A DNA stretch of 64,000 nucleotides from an uncultured candidate division Zixibacteria bacterium (GTDB lineage: Bacteria > Zixibacteria > MSB-5A5 > GN15 > FEB-12): the NCBI GenBank assembly GCA_963806185.1, contig CAWDXE010000008.1, positions 1-64,000 of the forward strand. The letters run 5' to 3'. The notes beneath the pieces were generated by a model that saw only the letters and a program-made list of their open reading frames with translations, was not told the DNA's origin and searched no databases. Positions within the stretch are counted from its first letter, which is position 1; every line of letters starts with the position of its first letter. Below are positions 41,959 to 51,593 of the stretch, piece after piece. A program made the position numbers and the translations under genes.

Positions 41959-42111
41959 TTAGCTGTGCACTGAGCAGAACTTCTTCTTGCCGTCAGTGAA
42001 CCGCTTGCACGCCTTGCCGGCCTTGGTCTTGGCGGCGCAGCGCATTCTCGGCGCCTTTCTCGCCTTGGCCTTCTTGGCTCTCTTCTTGGTTGCCTTTTTA
42101 GTCTTGCGCAT
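41959..42111 (-). CDS. 50-aa very basic protein with Cys3-His motif
   Basis: Strong RBS AAAGGAGG; MRKTKKATKKRAKKAKARKAPRMRCAAKTKAGKACKRFTDGKKKFCSVHS; followed by a terminator. Confidence 0.75.
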   Translation of the reverse strand: MRKTKKATKKRAKKAKARKAPRMRCAAKTKAGKACKRFTDGKKKFCSVHS

Positions 42112-42213
42112 TGTGAAGCGTCCTCCTTTGTTGCAAAGGCTGATAAAAAGCAATGGCTTGCCTCAACTTATGTCAAGTATAAAAGTGGGCCCCGAGCACC
42201 ATGCCTTTTCGCG

Positions 42214-42789
42214 TCAAAACTTGCGACTTCCGCGCTGTGTGAGCGCCTGCCCCTTCGCACAGAGCGGACAGGCCTGCGCCTCCCAGCTCTCCGCCGACAC
42301 CGAGGCCAGCGCATAAAAAGGATGTTCTATTCGCACCGCCCCGCCGGAACGATCCAGCAGTACGCCGATACCGACGATTTCCGCCTCGTACGACTTGACC
42401 AAATCAACCACCTCAAAGATCGATTTGCCCGTCGTCAGCACGTCGTCGACAATCACCACTTTCTGCCCCTTGTCGAGCGAGAAACCGCGATTGAATACCC
42501 GCCCGCCGTTCGGACCCGCCTCAGCGTAAATCGATTCATTACCCATATACCGGGCGACATCGTACGCGATGATAATACCGCCCGTGGTCGGCCCCACCAC
42601 CGTCACCGCCCCCGTCCCCGCGAACCGATCCGCCATCAGCTTGCAGATCTGCGTGCACAAGGTCGGATTCTTCAGCAACGTGAACTTCTCGTAATACACG
42701 TCGGAATGTCGGCCGGACGTCAGTTTGAAATGTCCCGTCAACAGCGCGCCGGAGCGCTTGAATAATTCCAGAATATCAGCTTCTTTCAC
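42214..42789 (-). CDS. pyrE: Orotate phosphoribosyltransferase
   Basis: GHFKLTSGRHS, VVIVDDVLTTGKS PRPP motif, C-terminal CPLC...GSR. Confidence 0.95.
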   Translation of the reverse strand: MKEADILELFKRSGALLTGHFKLTSGRHSDVYYEKFTLLKNPTLCTQICKLMADRFAGTGAVTVVGPTTGGIIIAYDVARYMGNESIYAEAGPNGGRVFNRGFSLDKGQKVVIVDDVLTTGKSIFEVVDLVKSYEAEIVGIGVLLDRSGGAVRIEHPFYALASVSAESWEAQACPLCAKGQALTQRGSRKF

Positions 42790-43160
42790 CGGTCCTCCTC
42801 GATGATAACCATAGCTACGGCATGTGATTTTTCGTGGCTAAGAGTGACATGGATGCGCGCCGACAGCAATTTCTGCTGCACCGCCTGCGGCAACGACATG
42901 GCCGGACGGCCGCTGGTATCATTGAGTACCTCGATCGCACTCAAACGCGGTCGAATGTGCAGGTACTCGCCAAGAGCTTTGATGGCCGCTTCCTTGGCGG
43001 CAAACCGCCCGGCCAAAAAAAGCGACTTATCCGCTCTTTGTTGGAATGCCATTTGCTCCCGACGACCAAGCAGTTTGTGCACGAGCCGTTCGCCGTACCG
43101 CGCGTGAAGCTGCGCGATTCGCTCGACATTGACGATATCTACACCGATGGCGCGTATCAT
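42786..43160 (-). CDS. acpS: Holo-[acyl-carrier-protein] synthase
   Basis: IGVDIV, LAGRFAAKEA..KALG, G.P, VTLSHE. Confidence 0.95.
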   Translation of the reverse strand: MIRAIGVDIVNVERIAQLHARYGERLVHKLLGRREQMAFQQRADKSLFLAGRFAAKEAAIKALGEYLHIRPRLSAIEVLNDTSGRPAMSLPQAVQQKLLSARIHVTLSHEKSHAVAMVIIEEDR

Positions 43161-43266
43161 AAGTGGTGATACCAAGGTACAGGTTCCCGACAAAATTCGC
43201 AACGCCCCGTCAAAAAGATGTTGCTTCGATCATTGAAGCCCCTATCTTGGTCATACGATAAGACAC

Positions 43267-43448
43267 TGGAGAGAGAAGTCATTTGAAAATCTCTAACACC
43301 TGTCTTATGAAGGTCGTCTCTTCGACGCTGCGCAACCGCCGTGACCCGCTCGAAAGATCGGTAGCGAAAGCAAGACGCGAGGAGTGGCTGTAAAAACCCT
43401 TTACCGTACTGGTAAGTGGAGGTTTTTTTCAAATTGCAACTCTCTCCA
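43267..43448 (+). ncRNA. Putative 6S (SsrS)-like RNA
   Basis: 182-nt rod: TGGAGAGAG/CTCTCTCCA and ATTTGAAAA/TTTTCAAAT closing stem, central bubble with 3' TTACC/GGTAA hairpin, upper stem CTCTTCG/CGAGGAG; upstream TTGCTT-N16-TATCTT; downstream terminator. Confidence 0.6.
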
Positions 43449-43456
43449 TAAATTCG

Positions 43457-43480
43457 AAACCCGCCGCAAGGCGGGTTTTT
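43457..43480 (+). terminator. Intrinsic terminator of the ncRNA
   Basis: AAACCCGCC-GCAA-GGCGGGTTTTT. Confidence 0.85.
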
Positions 43481-43559
43481 CATTGCCCCTCACGACCATA
43501 ATCGGCCGTTGACATCCGCCCCACCCCCTGCCATCTTATTATATAATCCTGGAGTTGCT

Positions 43560-44162
43560 ATGCGGCTTCTCTACACGATCCTGATCATCTCACTCGCCAC
43601 CCTTTTCGGGTGCGGCCAATTATCTAACTCAGGCCCGGGCGGTGAACTCGAACCCCGTCCGCTGATCTCGTCGTCCTGTTGGACCCTGCACGTCCAATTG
43701 GGCGAACGGGGACGAATACCACAGGCCACCGACGATTCTCTCGGGTATACCGCCAGCCGCTCCAAATTCACCCGCTCCGACAAACTCGCGGAGTACGCCG
43801 ACAAGCTTCGCCATCGCCTTTCCGAGAAGTACGGCCTCGTTATCGCCGACAACTGTTATGAAAGCGCCGCAATCGATATCACCCTGTTCGTTTCGAATCT
43901 GAGAGTACGCTACAAAGACAAAGCCGAGTCGGTTGAGTCGTCCTCGGTGCCCAACGATCCAACCGAAGGCCGCTTAAGTCGACTCCACCAGCCCCCACCG
44001 TCAAAGGAGGTCATCCGATCATTTGACGGCATAATGAGGATCGAGGTGCAGGTGATGAGCCCTGTCGGTGATACCGTCGATCAGTTCACACTGTTTGAAA
44101 ATACGGGCGCCAAGGGAGTCGCTGACACTACGGCTGCCCGACTCCGCTTGCCGAAAAGATGA
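43560..44162 (+). CDS. Hypothetical lipoprotein
   Basis: GGAG RBS, hydrophobic signal with LFGC lipobox. Confidence 0.7.
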   Translation: MRLLYTILIISLATLFGCGQLSNSGPGGELEPRPLISSSCWTLHVQLGERGRIPQATDDSLGYTASRSKFTRSDKLAEYADKLRHRLSEKYGLVIADNCYESAAIDITLFVSNLRVRYKDKAESVESSSVPNDPTEGRLSRLHQPPPSKEVIRSFDGIMRIEVQVMSPVGDTVDQFTLFENTGAKGVADTTAARLRLPKR

Positions 44163-44179
44163 ATGTGGTAAGATAAGAG

Positions 44180-44818
44180 CTACTCGCCCTGCGCGATGAC
44201 CGCCTTGATGGCGCCTTCAAAATCCGTACCGAAGCCACTACGATTGACCAGGATGAAGTAACACTCCGGACCGCCGGAGGCAAAGTAGAGTCGATCCCGT
44301 TCCAGCTCCAGCACGCCCTGCCGCCGATTGATACCTACACCGGGCATCCGGCTGAATACCTGCACTATCTCCGCCATCCCTTTCAACACCGAGGCGAACT
44401 GCTTACGGAATTGATCAGACATGGCGCCGCCGATGAAATTCCCCTCGTTGTCGACCCGATAGACTCGAACCACTCCCTCAATTGCCTGCAGTGCCTCGAC
44501 CGTATCGAACGTAGCCGTCTGCACCTTCATGTGCCCGGATTGATCGTCATCCTTGGCGTACGATTCACTCTGGACAATCGTGACGACCTCGGCATGCTGA
44601 CGCTTGATCGTTGCCTCCGCCCGTTGCTGCTCCTCGACAGACTCGATGGCCCGTTCCAGCGGGCGCTCGATCTTGTGCACCACCCGACCCTCTTTGAGAA
44701 TCGTGGTGGTAATACGCGGCCGTGGTCTCGACGCATACTCGGTTTGCACCTGCATCGAAACCTCACCATGTTTCACCAGCGAGGTCCGTCCCGCCGGAAT
44801 GAATGTCATGCCGCTCAT
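44180..44818 (-). CDS. Hypothetical protein, possible C-terminal Roadblock/LC7-like domain
   Basis: 212-aa ORF; 'QVQTE...PRI.T.I...G.V.......QH' N-terminus; 'L..IEGV..V..VD.EG' resembles a roadblock fold (inference). Confidence 0.65.
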   Translation of the reverse strand: MSGMTFIPAGRTSLVKHGEVSMQVQTEYASRPRPRITTTILKEGRVVHKIERPLERAIESVEEQQRAEATIKRQHAEVVTIVQSESYAKDDDQSGHMKVQTATFDTVEALQAIEGVVRVYRVDNEGNFIGGAMSDQFRKQFASVLKGMAEIVQVFSRMPGVGINRRQGVLELERDRLYFASGGPECYFILVNRSGFGTDFEGAIKAVIAQGE

Positions 44819-44878
44819 ATCAGTAAACTGCGCCGCCGTTTTGGCAAACTACTCCCTAACGTATTGTTATCGACAGTC

Positions 44879-47137
44879 TTAACACTGAGAATAACCACAA
44901 TCTTTGCAGAGGTAACAGCCGGAATCAAACACCATTGAACTGCCGCACTCCGGACACACCTCCGGCGGTTGCCCATGCGATCGCCCATCTTCGTCCAGCG
45001 GCATACCAAAATGCTTGTTCAAAATTTGCGCAATAGCGTCCGGAATCGAAAACACCCGCGCCCCACCCGAAAAAACCTGATTGGAACCGCCAATACCTCG
45101 AAGCTGACGCGCCACCTGCCCCACCGATACTCCCGACCGAAGCGCCAGCGATACCAGCCGGCAAATCGCCTCGGTGTCGGCCATCGTCGTATACCCCGAC
45201 TTACCAATATGGGCAAATACTTCAAACGGCCGGCCGTCATGCACGTTGACCGTCACATATAGATTACCATACCCGGTACGGATCTTCTCGGTAAACCCGG
45301 TGAGTATGTTCGGCCGACGCTCCACCTTGGCGGCATTCTCGTTGTCCCCTTGCTCTGCCTGAGACGCGACTGTCGATAACACCTGGTTGGGGCGGGAATT
45401 GTCCCGATAAATTGTTACTCCCTTGCACCCGAGAGTATACGCCTGTTCGTACGCCGCTTTGACGTCCAGGCGAGTCGCCTTCTCCGGCAAATTGATAGTC
45501 TTTGAAACCGACGAGTCGCAGTTCTTCTGAAATACCGCCTGCATCCGGACATGGTCCTCCGGTGACACGTCAGCCGCCGTAAGAAATATCGCCCGCAACG
45601 ACTCCGGTATCTCCGGGACATCCTTTATCGACCGTCGCGAGGCAATCGTCGCGACCATCCCCTCGGAATAGAAATTCTGCTCCTTGGCCGCCCGCTCAAA
45701 CAGCGGATTCAGATCAAACAGTCTCGTCCCTTCCATCACATTTCGCTCGAACGCAATTGCATAGTACGGCTCGATGCCGCTCGAACAGCCGGCAATGATC
45801 GATATGGTCCCGGTCGGGGCAATGGTGGTGACAGTGGCATTGCGCATCGCCACCTCTTCTCGCCTGTAAATCGACCCCTCCCAGTTCGGAAATCGCCCGC
45901 GCGTCCTCGCTAACTCCGACGAAAATTCCCGGGCGTTCGTTTGAATGAACGACATGACCGTCTCACCCAGCGCTTGCGCTTCGGGACTATCGTATGGCAG
46001 CCGCAGCCTCACCAGCATGTCCGCCCACCCCATCACCCCCAGACCGATACGCCGGTTCTTTTTGGTCTGCCGCTCGATTTCAACAATGGGATACTTGTTC
46101 TGGTCAATGACGTTGTCGAGAAAATGCACGCCTCCCCTCACCGCCTCGCGAAGGCGCGACCAGTCGACGCCGCGCGACGGATCAGTCACGGCATATTCGC
46201 CGGGCAGCGGCTCCTTGACAAACAGACCGAGATTGATGGAACCAAGGTTGCACGAATCATACGGCGGCAACGGCTGTTCACCGCACGGATTGGTCGCCTC
46301 AATCGTCTCCGAGGGCGAAGTCGGGTTGCCCGCATTCATCCGATCAATAAACACGATCCCCGGCTCACCCGTGCGCCAGGCATGGTCAATGATCTTGTCG
46401 AAAACCTCCCTGGCGTCCAGCCGGACTTCGTGCCCCTCCACCACATGAACCGCCTGCGTGTGGGGATTCATCAACGGATAAGTCTTCCCTTCGTGTACGG
46501 CCACCATGAACGAGTCCGTGACCGCCACGGAAATATTGAAATTGGTGACTTCCGACGTATCGTCCTTGCAGGATATGAAATCCAGAATATCAGGATGGTC
46601 GACCCGCAGAATGCCCATGTTGGCGCCGCGCCGGGTTCCCCCCTGCTTGACCGCCTCCGTCGAAGCATTGAACACTTTCATGAATGATATCGGTCCGGAG
46701 GCTACCCCCGATGTCGACGCAACCACGGAATTCTTCGGACGCAGTCGCGAAAATGAAAACCCCGTCCCGCCGCCCGATTTGTGAATCACCGCCGCCTGCT
46801 TGTTGGCCTCGAAGATCTCCTCCATCGAGTCACCCACCGGCAATACAAAACAGGCGGAAAGCTGCCCCAGCGGACGGCCGGCATTCATGAGCGTGGGCGA
46901 ATTCGGCATGAATTCGAGCGCCGCCATCATCTCAAAGAACCGGGCCGCGCTCCGCTCCACCTGTTCGTCGTTCGCTCCGTAATTGCGATCGGCCTCGGCA
47001 ATGAACCGAGCCACCCGCAGAAACAACTCCCGCGGCGATTCGATTACGCGGCCTTCCTTGTCCTTCACCAGATACCGTCGCCGCAAAACCGTCAGGGCGT
47101 TAGGTGAAAGTCCGATTTCCTTTTCGTACCACATCAT
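44879..47137 (-). CDS. nrdJ: Class II (adenosylcobalamin-dependent) ribonucleotide reductase with C-terminal TSCPD/Zn ribbon
   Basis: PNSPTLMNAG, LSACFV, TNPCGEQPL, CNLGSINL, TIAPTGT, SKTIN, KGVTIYR, CPEC...C..CGYSQC; no small subunit gene adjacent. Confidence 0.93.
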   Translation of the reverse strand: MMWYEKEIGLSPNALTVLRRRYLVKDKEGRVIESPRELFLRVARFIAEADRNYGANDEQVERSAARFFEMMAALEFMPNSPTLMNAGRPLGQLSACFVLPVGDSMEEIFEANKQAAVIHKSGGGTGFSFSRLRPKNSVVASTSGVASGPISFMKVFNASTEAVKQGGTRRGANMGILRVDHPDILDFISCKDDTSEVTNFNISVAVTDSFMVAVHEGKTYPLMNPHTQAVHVVEGHEVRLDAREVFDKIIDHAWRTGEPGIVFIDRMNAGNPTSPSETIEATNPCGEQPLPPYDSCNLGSINLGLFVKEPLPGEYAVTDPSRGVDWSRLREAVRGGVHFLDNVIDQNKYPIVEIERQTKKNRRIGLGVMGWADMLVRLRLPYDSPEAQALGETVMSFIQTNAREFSSELARTRGRFPNWEGSIYRREEVAMRNATVTTIAPTGTISIIAGCSSGIEPYYAIAFERNVMEGTRLFDLNPLFERAAKEQNFYSEGMVATIASRRSIKDVPEIPESLRAIFLTAADVSPEDHVRMQAVFQKNCDSSVSKTINLPEKATRLDVKAAYEQAYTLGCKGVTIYRDNSRPNQVLSTVASQAEQGDNENAAKVERRPNILTGFTEKIRTGYGNLYVTVNVHDGRPFEVFAHIGKSGYTTMADTEAICRLVSLALRSGVSVGQVARQLRGIGGSNQVFSGGARVFSIPDAIAQILNKHFGMPLDEDGRSHGQPPEVCPECGSSMVFDSGCYLCKDCGYSQC

Positions 47138-47154
47138 ATCTTCTATCCGTATCG

Positions 47155-47197
47155 GTCCTATATCTTGTTTCGGAATGATCTCTCTCTTAGTATAACA
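47155..47197 (-). promoter_or_regulatory. NrdR-box-like site and extended -10 promoter
   Basis: Minus strand AAACAAGATATAGGAC resembles the NrdR box consensus (acaCwAtATaTwGtg); TGnTATACT lies just upstream. Confidence 0.55.
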
Positions 47198-47360
47198 CGC
47201 CCCCGACCAAAATAGTGTCACTTTTCGGCCCGCCAGCACTCTCGCTTATCCCTTGGCAAACAACCAGTTAGACTCATTGCGCTGTGGCATTTCCAAAAGA
47301 AAAGCCGGACCATGACGGAGTACAGTCACAGTGCCGGCTTCCCTACTGGAGGAAAAATTC

Positions 47361-48260
47361 TTAAAAGGGCTGCAGCGTGAACGAACGAAGCCGCTCGTCC
47401 AGTTTGATCCTGATCTTGTTGTTCAACGTATCAAAGCCCGGCGATCGTAATTCGCCACCATGTTCTTCAAAACCCATCTGCTGAGCAAGATAGTCGGCGT
47501 AATCCGTGCCGGTGATCTGAATACCACTGGTGTTTGGCACGCGCAATTTAAGCTCCGAGTTGTCCCCGAGAATATCCACGTCAACATCCTTCTCCAGGTC
47601 GCCCAGCTTGACATAAATCTCAGCGTCGTGCGCCTCCAGACGCAACTGCTTGAGCGGTGTCGTGGCCAGGTTGAGATGAATGTTCGAATTATCACCTGAG
47701 CAGTTGAGCACGAGCGGCACCAGCTTCGAGAACGACAGATACCAGTCATTGATATCTTCCATATCAACCTTGACCATGCCGCCAAATAACTTGGTCCGTC
47801 CACCGGTCATCTCGATCTTGCCCGTACTCCCTTCGACACTGTAAGAAATGTCAGGCTTTTGCGTGTACTCCTTAAACCGCGCGTACACTAGATCGTCGGT
47901 AGCGTCTCGGACCGTCAGGTCACCGCCGCCAAGCTGAATATCCGCTACCAAGTTCTGCACCGACGGATCATTATCCTGTTGGAATACTTTCTCCGACATG
48001 AATCGCTCTTCATCCGATCCCGTACCGGTCCAGGCAACCCAGATGAACCCCGCCACCATCGCCACCGAAGCCAGATATGAGATGAACTCGAACCGCGTCT
48101 TGGTAAAAATCTTCTCGACCCCGACGGCGATCAGGAAAAACGGCAGGAACGAAACGACGTAGATCCAGAAGTGCTCCCCGATCACATTGGCATTGCGCAG
48201 CAACAGCAGCGCCCCGATCAGGATGAGGATCATCCCCCAGCGAAACCGTGCCGGTGTCAT
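47361..48260 (-). CDS. LiaF/LiaI-like (DUF5668) membrane protein with C-terminal beta-rich domain
   Basis: 'WG.ILI.IG.LLLL.N......W......P..LI..G' N-terminus; overlaps pspC. Confidence 0.75.
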   Translation of the reverse strand: MTPARFRWGMILILIGALLLLRNANVIGEHFWIYVVSFLPFFLIAVGVEKIFTKTRFEFISYLASVAMVAGFIWVAWTGTGSDEERFMSEKVFQQDNDPSVQNLVADIQLGGGDLTVRDATDDLVYARFKEYTQKPDISYSVEGSTGKIEMTGGRTKLFGGMVKVDMEDINDWYLSFSKLVPLVLNCSGDNSNIHLNLATTPLKQLRLEAHDAEIYVKLGDLEKDVDVDILGDNSELKLRVPNTSGIQITGTDYADYLAQQMGFEEHGGELRSPGFDTLNNKIRIKLDERLRSFTLQPF

Positions 48261-48724
48261 AACGTCGTCCCTCCGTTGTGCGCCCCGCCGTTACTATACT
48301 GAGTCGATTTGCCGTTCCGCGTCTTGTGCAACAACAGGAACAGTCCCACGATAATCAGCAGGATGGGCCATATGCTGTGAAAACTGAACCACCAGAAAAA
48401 CTTGCGTACCAAAAGGATCAAACCCAGCAGCACCAGAAACAGCCCGGGCAGGTAGCGCCAGATGCTCGACTCTCGGTGCATCGACGGCATGGTCGGCGGT
48501 ATGTCCGCCGTGGTCGATTGCCGTGCTGTATTCGGATACGGGGCAGGCTGGATCACCACCCAGCAGATGAGGTAACCGATGAAACCGACACCAAACGACG
48601 CCAGTGCGATCAGAACCATGGCGATTCTGACAATCACCGCATCGATATCAAAATACTCGGCCAGACCGCCGCAAACACCGGCGATCTTCTGATCGGTCAC
48701 TGAGCGATACAGTCTCTTTGCCAT
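48257..48724 (-). CDS. PspC domain protein with LiaF-like TM region
   Basis: KRLYRS..D.KIAGVCGGLAEYF.ID...VRI. Confidence 0.92.
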   Translation of the reverse strand: MAKRLYRSVTDQKIAGVCGGLAEYFDIDAVIVRIAMVLIALASFGVGFIGYLICWVVIQPAPYPNTARQSTTADIPPTMPSMHRESSIWRYLPGLFLVLLGLILLVRKFFWWFSFHSIWPILLIIVGLFLLLHKTRNGKSTQYSNGGAHNGGTTL

Positions 48725-48754
48725 AGTAGCTTTACCTCCAGTCTACTCTGAAGA

Positions 48755-48781
48755 TACGAGCCGGCTCGGCAAAAGGTTACA
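48755..48781 (-). promoter_or_regulatory. Putative ECF (SigW-like) promoter
   Basis: TGTAAC-N17-CGTA upstream of pspC. Confidence 0.65.
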
Positions 48782-48792
48782 GGCGAACGGAA

Positions 48793-49932
48793 TTACTTTC
48801 CGACCATGAGACGGTCCAGGAGAACCCGCGCCGAGTCGCGATTGGCGGACTCTGGGTTATCGGCAATTTTACGGAGGTGATCGGTGGCCAACCGGATTTC
48901 AGCGGAATCCTGCCCTAGTTGGGCAATCTGATACCAGGCTTCAAGGTACATCAACTCGCGCTTGGCGGATTCGTCCGACGCTGCCACATTCCCCTTGGCT
49001 CGACGATCTTGCTGCAGAGCATTGGGGGCAACCGCATTGAACAACCCCTTGGCCTGTCTGTCTGACAACATCGGCTCGAGCGAATCCCTCACCGCCCGCC
49101 AACGGTCCAACTCGGCGTGATTCATGTCGCCAATTGAATCGATTGCCGGCATCGCCTCATCCGCCGCAATATCCGGCCGTGGCGACCTCGCTAGGCCGGC
49201 TGTCTGTAAGTTCTCCGGGGCGGAGTTCGTGTCAATGACATCTTCGCCGCTTGGTAGCGCCGCCGTTCGCTCTTCAAACTGCACAGCGGTAGTGGTTGCT
49301 GCCGGTGAGACTCGAGTCATCCCAGGTTGAGCACTCGATTCCTTTTCGATTTTTTCCTGCTTGATCTGGCTGGCCGGCTTGTTTACGTCCGGTTCCGCCT
49401 TGCGCATTCGCCCAGACTCTTCCTGAGTCTTGTCGTCGGCGATTTGCTCTTCATCGATCGGTTCCTCAGTCGGCACGACCGGCACGGCCTTCCGCAACGA
49501 TTGCTCGGGCATTACGGGGGGTGCCTGAATCGTGTCGGTGATCATCGGCTTGGGCGCCGGCGCCATCATCTGTTTCTCGTTAAGAAATCTGTCCTTGTTG
49601 ACAGCGATAAACGTGATCAACACCGCCGAGGCCGCCACCGCCGAAATCTTCCACCCCAATCCGCGCCACACTGACTTGCGAGAAATCGGCGTCACTACCG
49701 TCTCGACAATCCCCAGCCTTTGTTCGATCTTCTGTGCCGCCTTCTCCCAATACAGATCGTCGCCCAATTCCGCCTTGTCACGCACCAGTTGATCAAACCG
49801 TTCGAGCCGATCGTACAACTTTCGGCACGACTCGCATTCTTCCAGATGCCGCCGAATCATCTCATGCTCATCGGCGGGCAGACCTTTGTCGCGATAGGCG
49901 GAAATGCGATCTTCAAAATAGGCGTGGTCCAT
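48793..49932 (-). CDS. Zinc-finger (zf-HC2) anti-sigma factor
   Basis: HLEECESC (HxxxCxxC), single TM, directly downstream of the ECF sigma gene. Confidence 0.88.
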   Translation of the reverse strand: MDHAYFEDRISAYRDKGLPADEHEMIRRHLEECESCRKLYDRLERFDQLVRDKAELGDDLYWEKAAQKIEQRLGIVETVVTPISRKSVWRGLGWKISAVAASAVLITFIAVNKDRFLNEKQMMAPAPKPMITDTIQAPPVMPEQSLRKAVPVVPTEEPIDEEQIADDKTQEESGRMRKAEPDVNKPASQIKQEKIEKESSAQPGMTRVSPAATTTAVQFEERTAALPSGEDVIDTNSAPENLQTAGLARSPRPDIAADEAMPAIDSIGDMNHAELDRWRAVRDSLEPMLSDRQAKGLFNAVAPNALQQDRRAKGNVAASDESAKRELMYLEAWYQIAQLGQDSAEIRLATDHLRKIADNPESANRDSARVLLDRLMVGK

Positions 49933-49949
49933 ACAATCTCACTGGACAG

Positions 49950-50540
49950 TCATTCCAGCAAATCCTTCAGTTGCTCCATCAGCAGTTTTCGAGCGCGATA
50001 CAATCGTGAGTCAACCGTCCCCGGTGGGATCTTCAGGTAACTCGCTATGTCGGTATACTCCATATCCTCAAAATGCCGGAGGACAAACACGGTCCGATAA
50101 GCAGTCGGCAGGGCGGCGAGCGCCTTGTAGAAACGGCGTTGCGCCTCGTCATCCATCATCTTATCCAGCGGCCCCAGATCGGCGGTCGACGGATCAAAAC
50201 CGATATCGGAAAGCTCCTCCAGCGACTCCTTTTTCTCCTGGCGCGTGATCTGATTGTAGGCCAGGTTGCGGGCGATGGTCGACAACCAGGGGTAAAACGA
50301 CGCCCCCGGGCTGAAAGTCTTGATGGCGCTGTACGCCTTAACAAACGCCTCCTGAACTATATCCTCGGCCTGGTCGAACGACCCGGTCAAACCGTAGACA
50401 AAGCGGAATAAGCGCTTCTGGTGCAGTCGGATAAGCTGGCCAAATGCCCGCCCATCGCCGTACTGCGCCTGCTCGATCAGCTTCGCTTCTTCGAGCGGCT
50501 TCTCCGACTTTGGTACCCTTGGGGTTACGTTTTCTTCCAC
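49950..50540 (-). CDS. ECF RNA polymerase sigma factor
   Basis: AEDIVQEAFVKAY, WL..IARN, Y.DIA..L.IP.GTV.SRL.RAR. Confidence 0.95.
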   Translation of the reverse strand: MEENVTPRVPKSEKPLEEAKLIEQAQYGDGRAFGQLIRLHQKRLFRFVYGLTGSFDQAEDIVQEAFVKAYSAIKTFSPGASFYPWLSTIARNLAYNQITRQEKKESLEELSDIGFDPSTADLGPLDKMMDDEAQRRFYKALAALPTAYRTVFVLRHFEDMEYTDIASYLKIPPGTVDSRLYRARKLLMEQLKDLLE

Positions 50541-50556
50541 GGTTTTTTCTGATCTG

Positions 50557-51562
50557 CTAAGCGGTCGATGGTGACATGATCCGCAATATTACCTGCTCCA
50601 CCGCCAGCTCCTGGCTGGGGGGCTGACGTCGAAGATCGGCATCCAGTTCGGCCAACGCTAATAGAATCTGCTCCAGTTGGGCGCTCGAATACTTCCCCGC
50701 CTGTTGTCGGTATTTCCCCGCCAGCCATTGCTGATTACCCGGTAGCGGCTGATTGTTTTTGGCCAGGTATAACGCTAGGAAATGTTTCGCCACCCAAAAA
50801 ACAATGCCCGTCGCCCCGTTCCCGTCGGCAAAGAGCTGTCGCACTTCTATGAGCACCTGCTGCTTATTCCCGGCCACGATCTGATCGGCCAGGTTGAAGA
50901 TGGAATAGACTTCATACCCGGAGCAGACCCGACGCACCGTCTCCTCGTCGATCACCGCCCCGGCCGACGCATACGATATCAGCTTGTCGGTCTCGTTGTC
51001 GAGCGCTCCCCGATTGCCCGCGATCATTCTCGTCAACTGCGCCACGGCATCGCGATTAATCGTCAACTGCGCCTTAGCCAGCTTCCTGGTAATCACGGTT
51101 GCCATCTCCGCCTCGGAGAGCTTTGGAAATTCCACCACCTCCGCCACTTGCTTGACGGCCGTGATAAAAGCCGAACTCTTCTTCGGCACACGCGCCGACG
51201 GTGTGCTCAAGCACGATCACCCGGTTCGGATCGGTGGGCGAAAACATCTTGAGTATCTTCTGAAGATCGGTCGGCTTGTAGTGCTGAATATCCGACACGG
51301 CGATCACCTGCTTCTCGCCCAACATGGGGAAAGCGGCCAGCTCGTTGATCAGGTCGGCTGCCCCGGTCTTGCGCCCGTCGAGACGACGGTAGTTGGTCGA
51401 GCGCTGGGTTCCGGGAAGGAACTGCGTGGCAATGAACTTCTCTGCTTCGATGATCCGGTAGTCCTCCGGACCAAAAAAGTAATAGACCGGCTTGAACTTG
51501 CCGGCGGCGATATCATTGACCAGTTGTTGAGCGGTGGTGACGACCACCTTTTCGCGAGCCAT
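50557..51562 (-). CDS. holA: DNA polymerase III subunit delta, frameshift near 51208
   Basis: PVYYFFGPEDY and FPMLGEKQVI in one frame; 'E.DKLISY...ID...V......SIF.L.D' in the next. Confidence 0.87.
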
Positions 51563-51593
51563 GCGCTAAATAAGCGACAGCCGCAGAAGATGG

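Noticed and set aside
43157..43483. 108-aa minus-strand ORF
   Set aside because: Overlaps the structured RNA and terminator antisense; no protein features
43509..43547. Perfect TTGACA and TATAAT hexamers
   Set aside because: 27-bp spacing is too long for one sigma70 promoter
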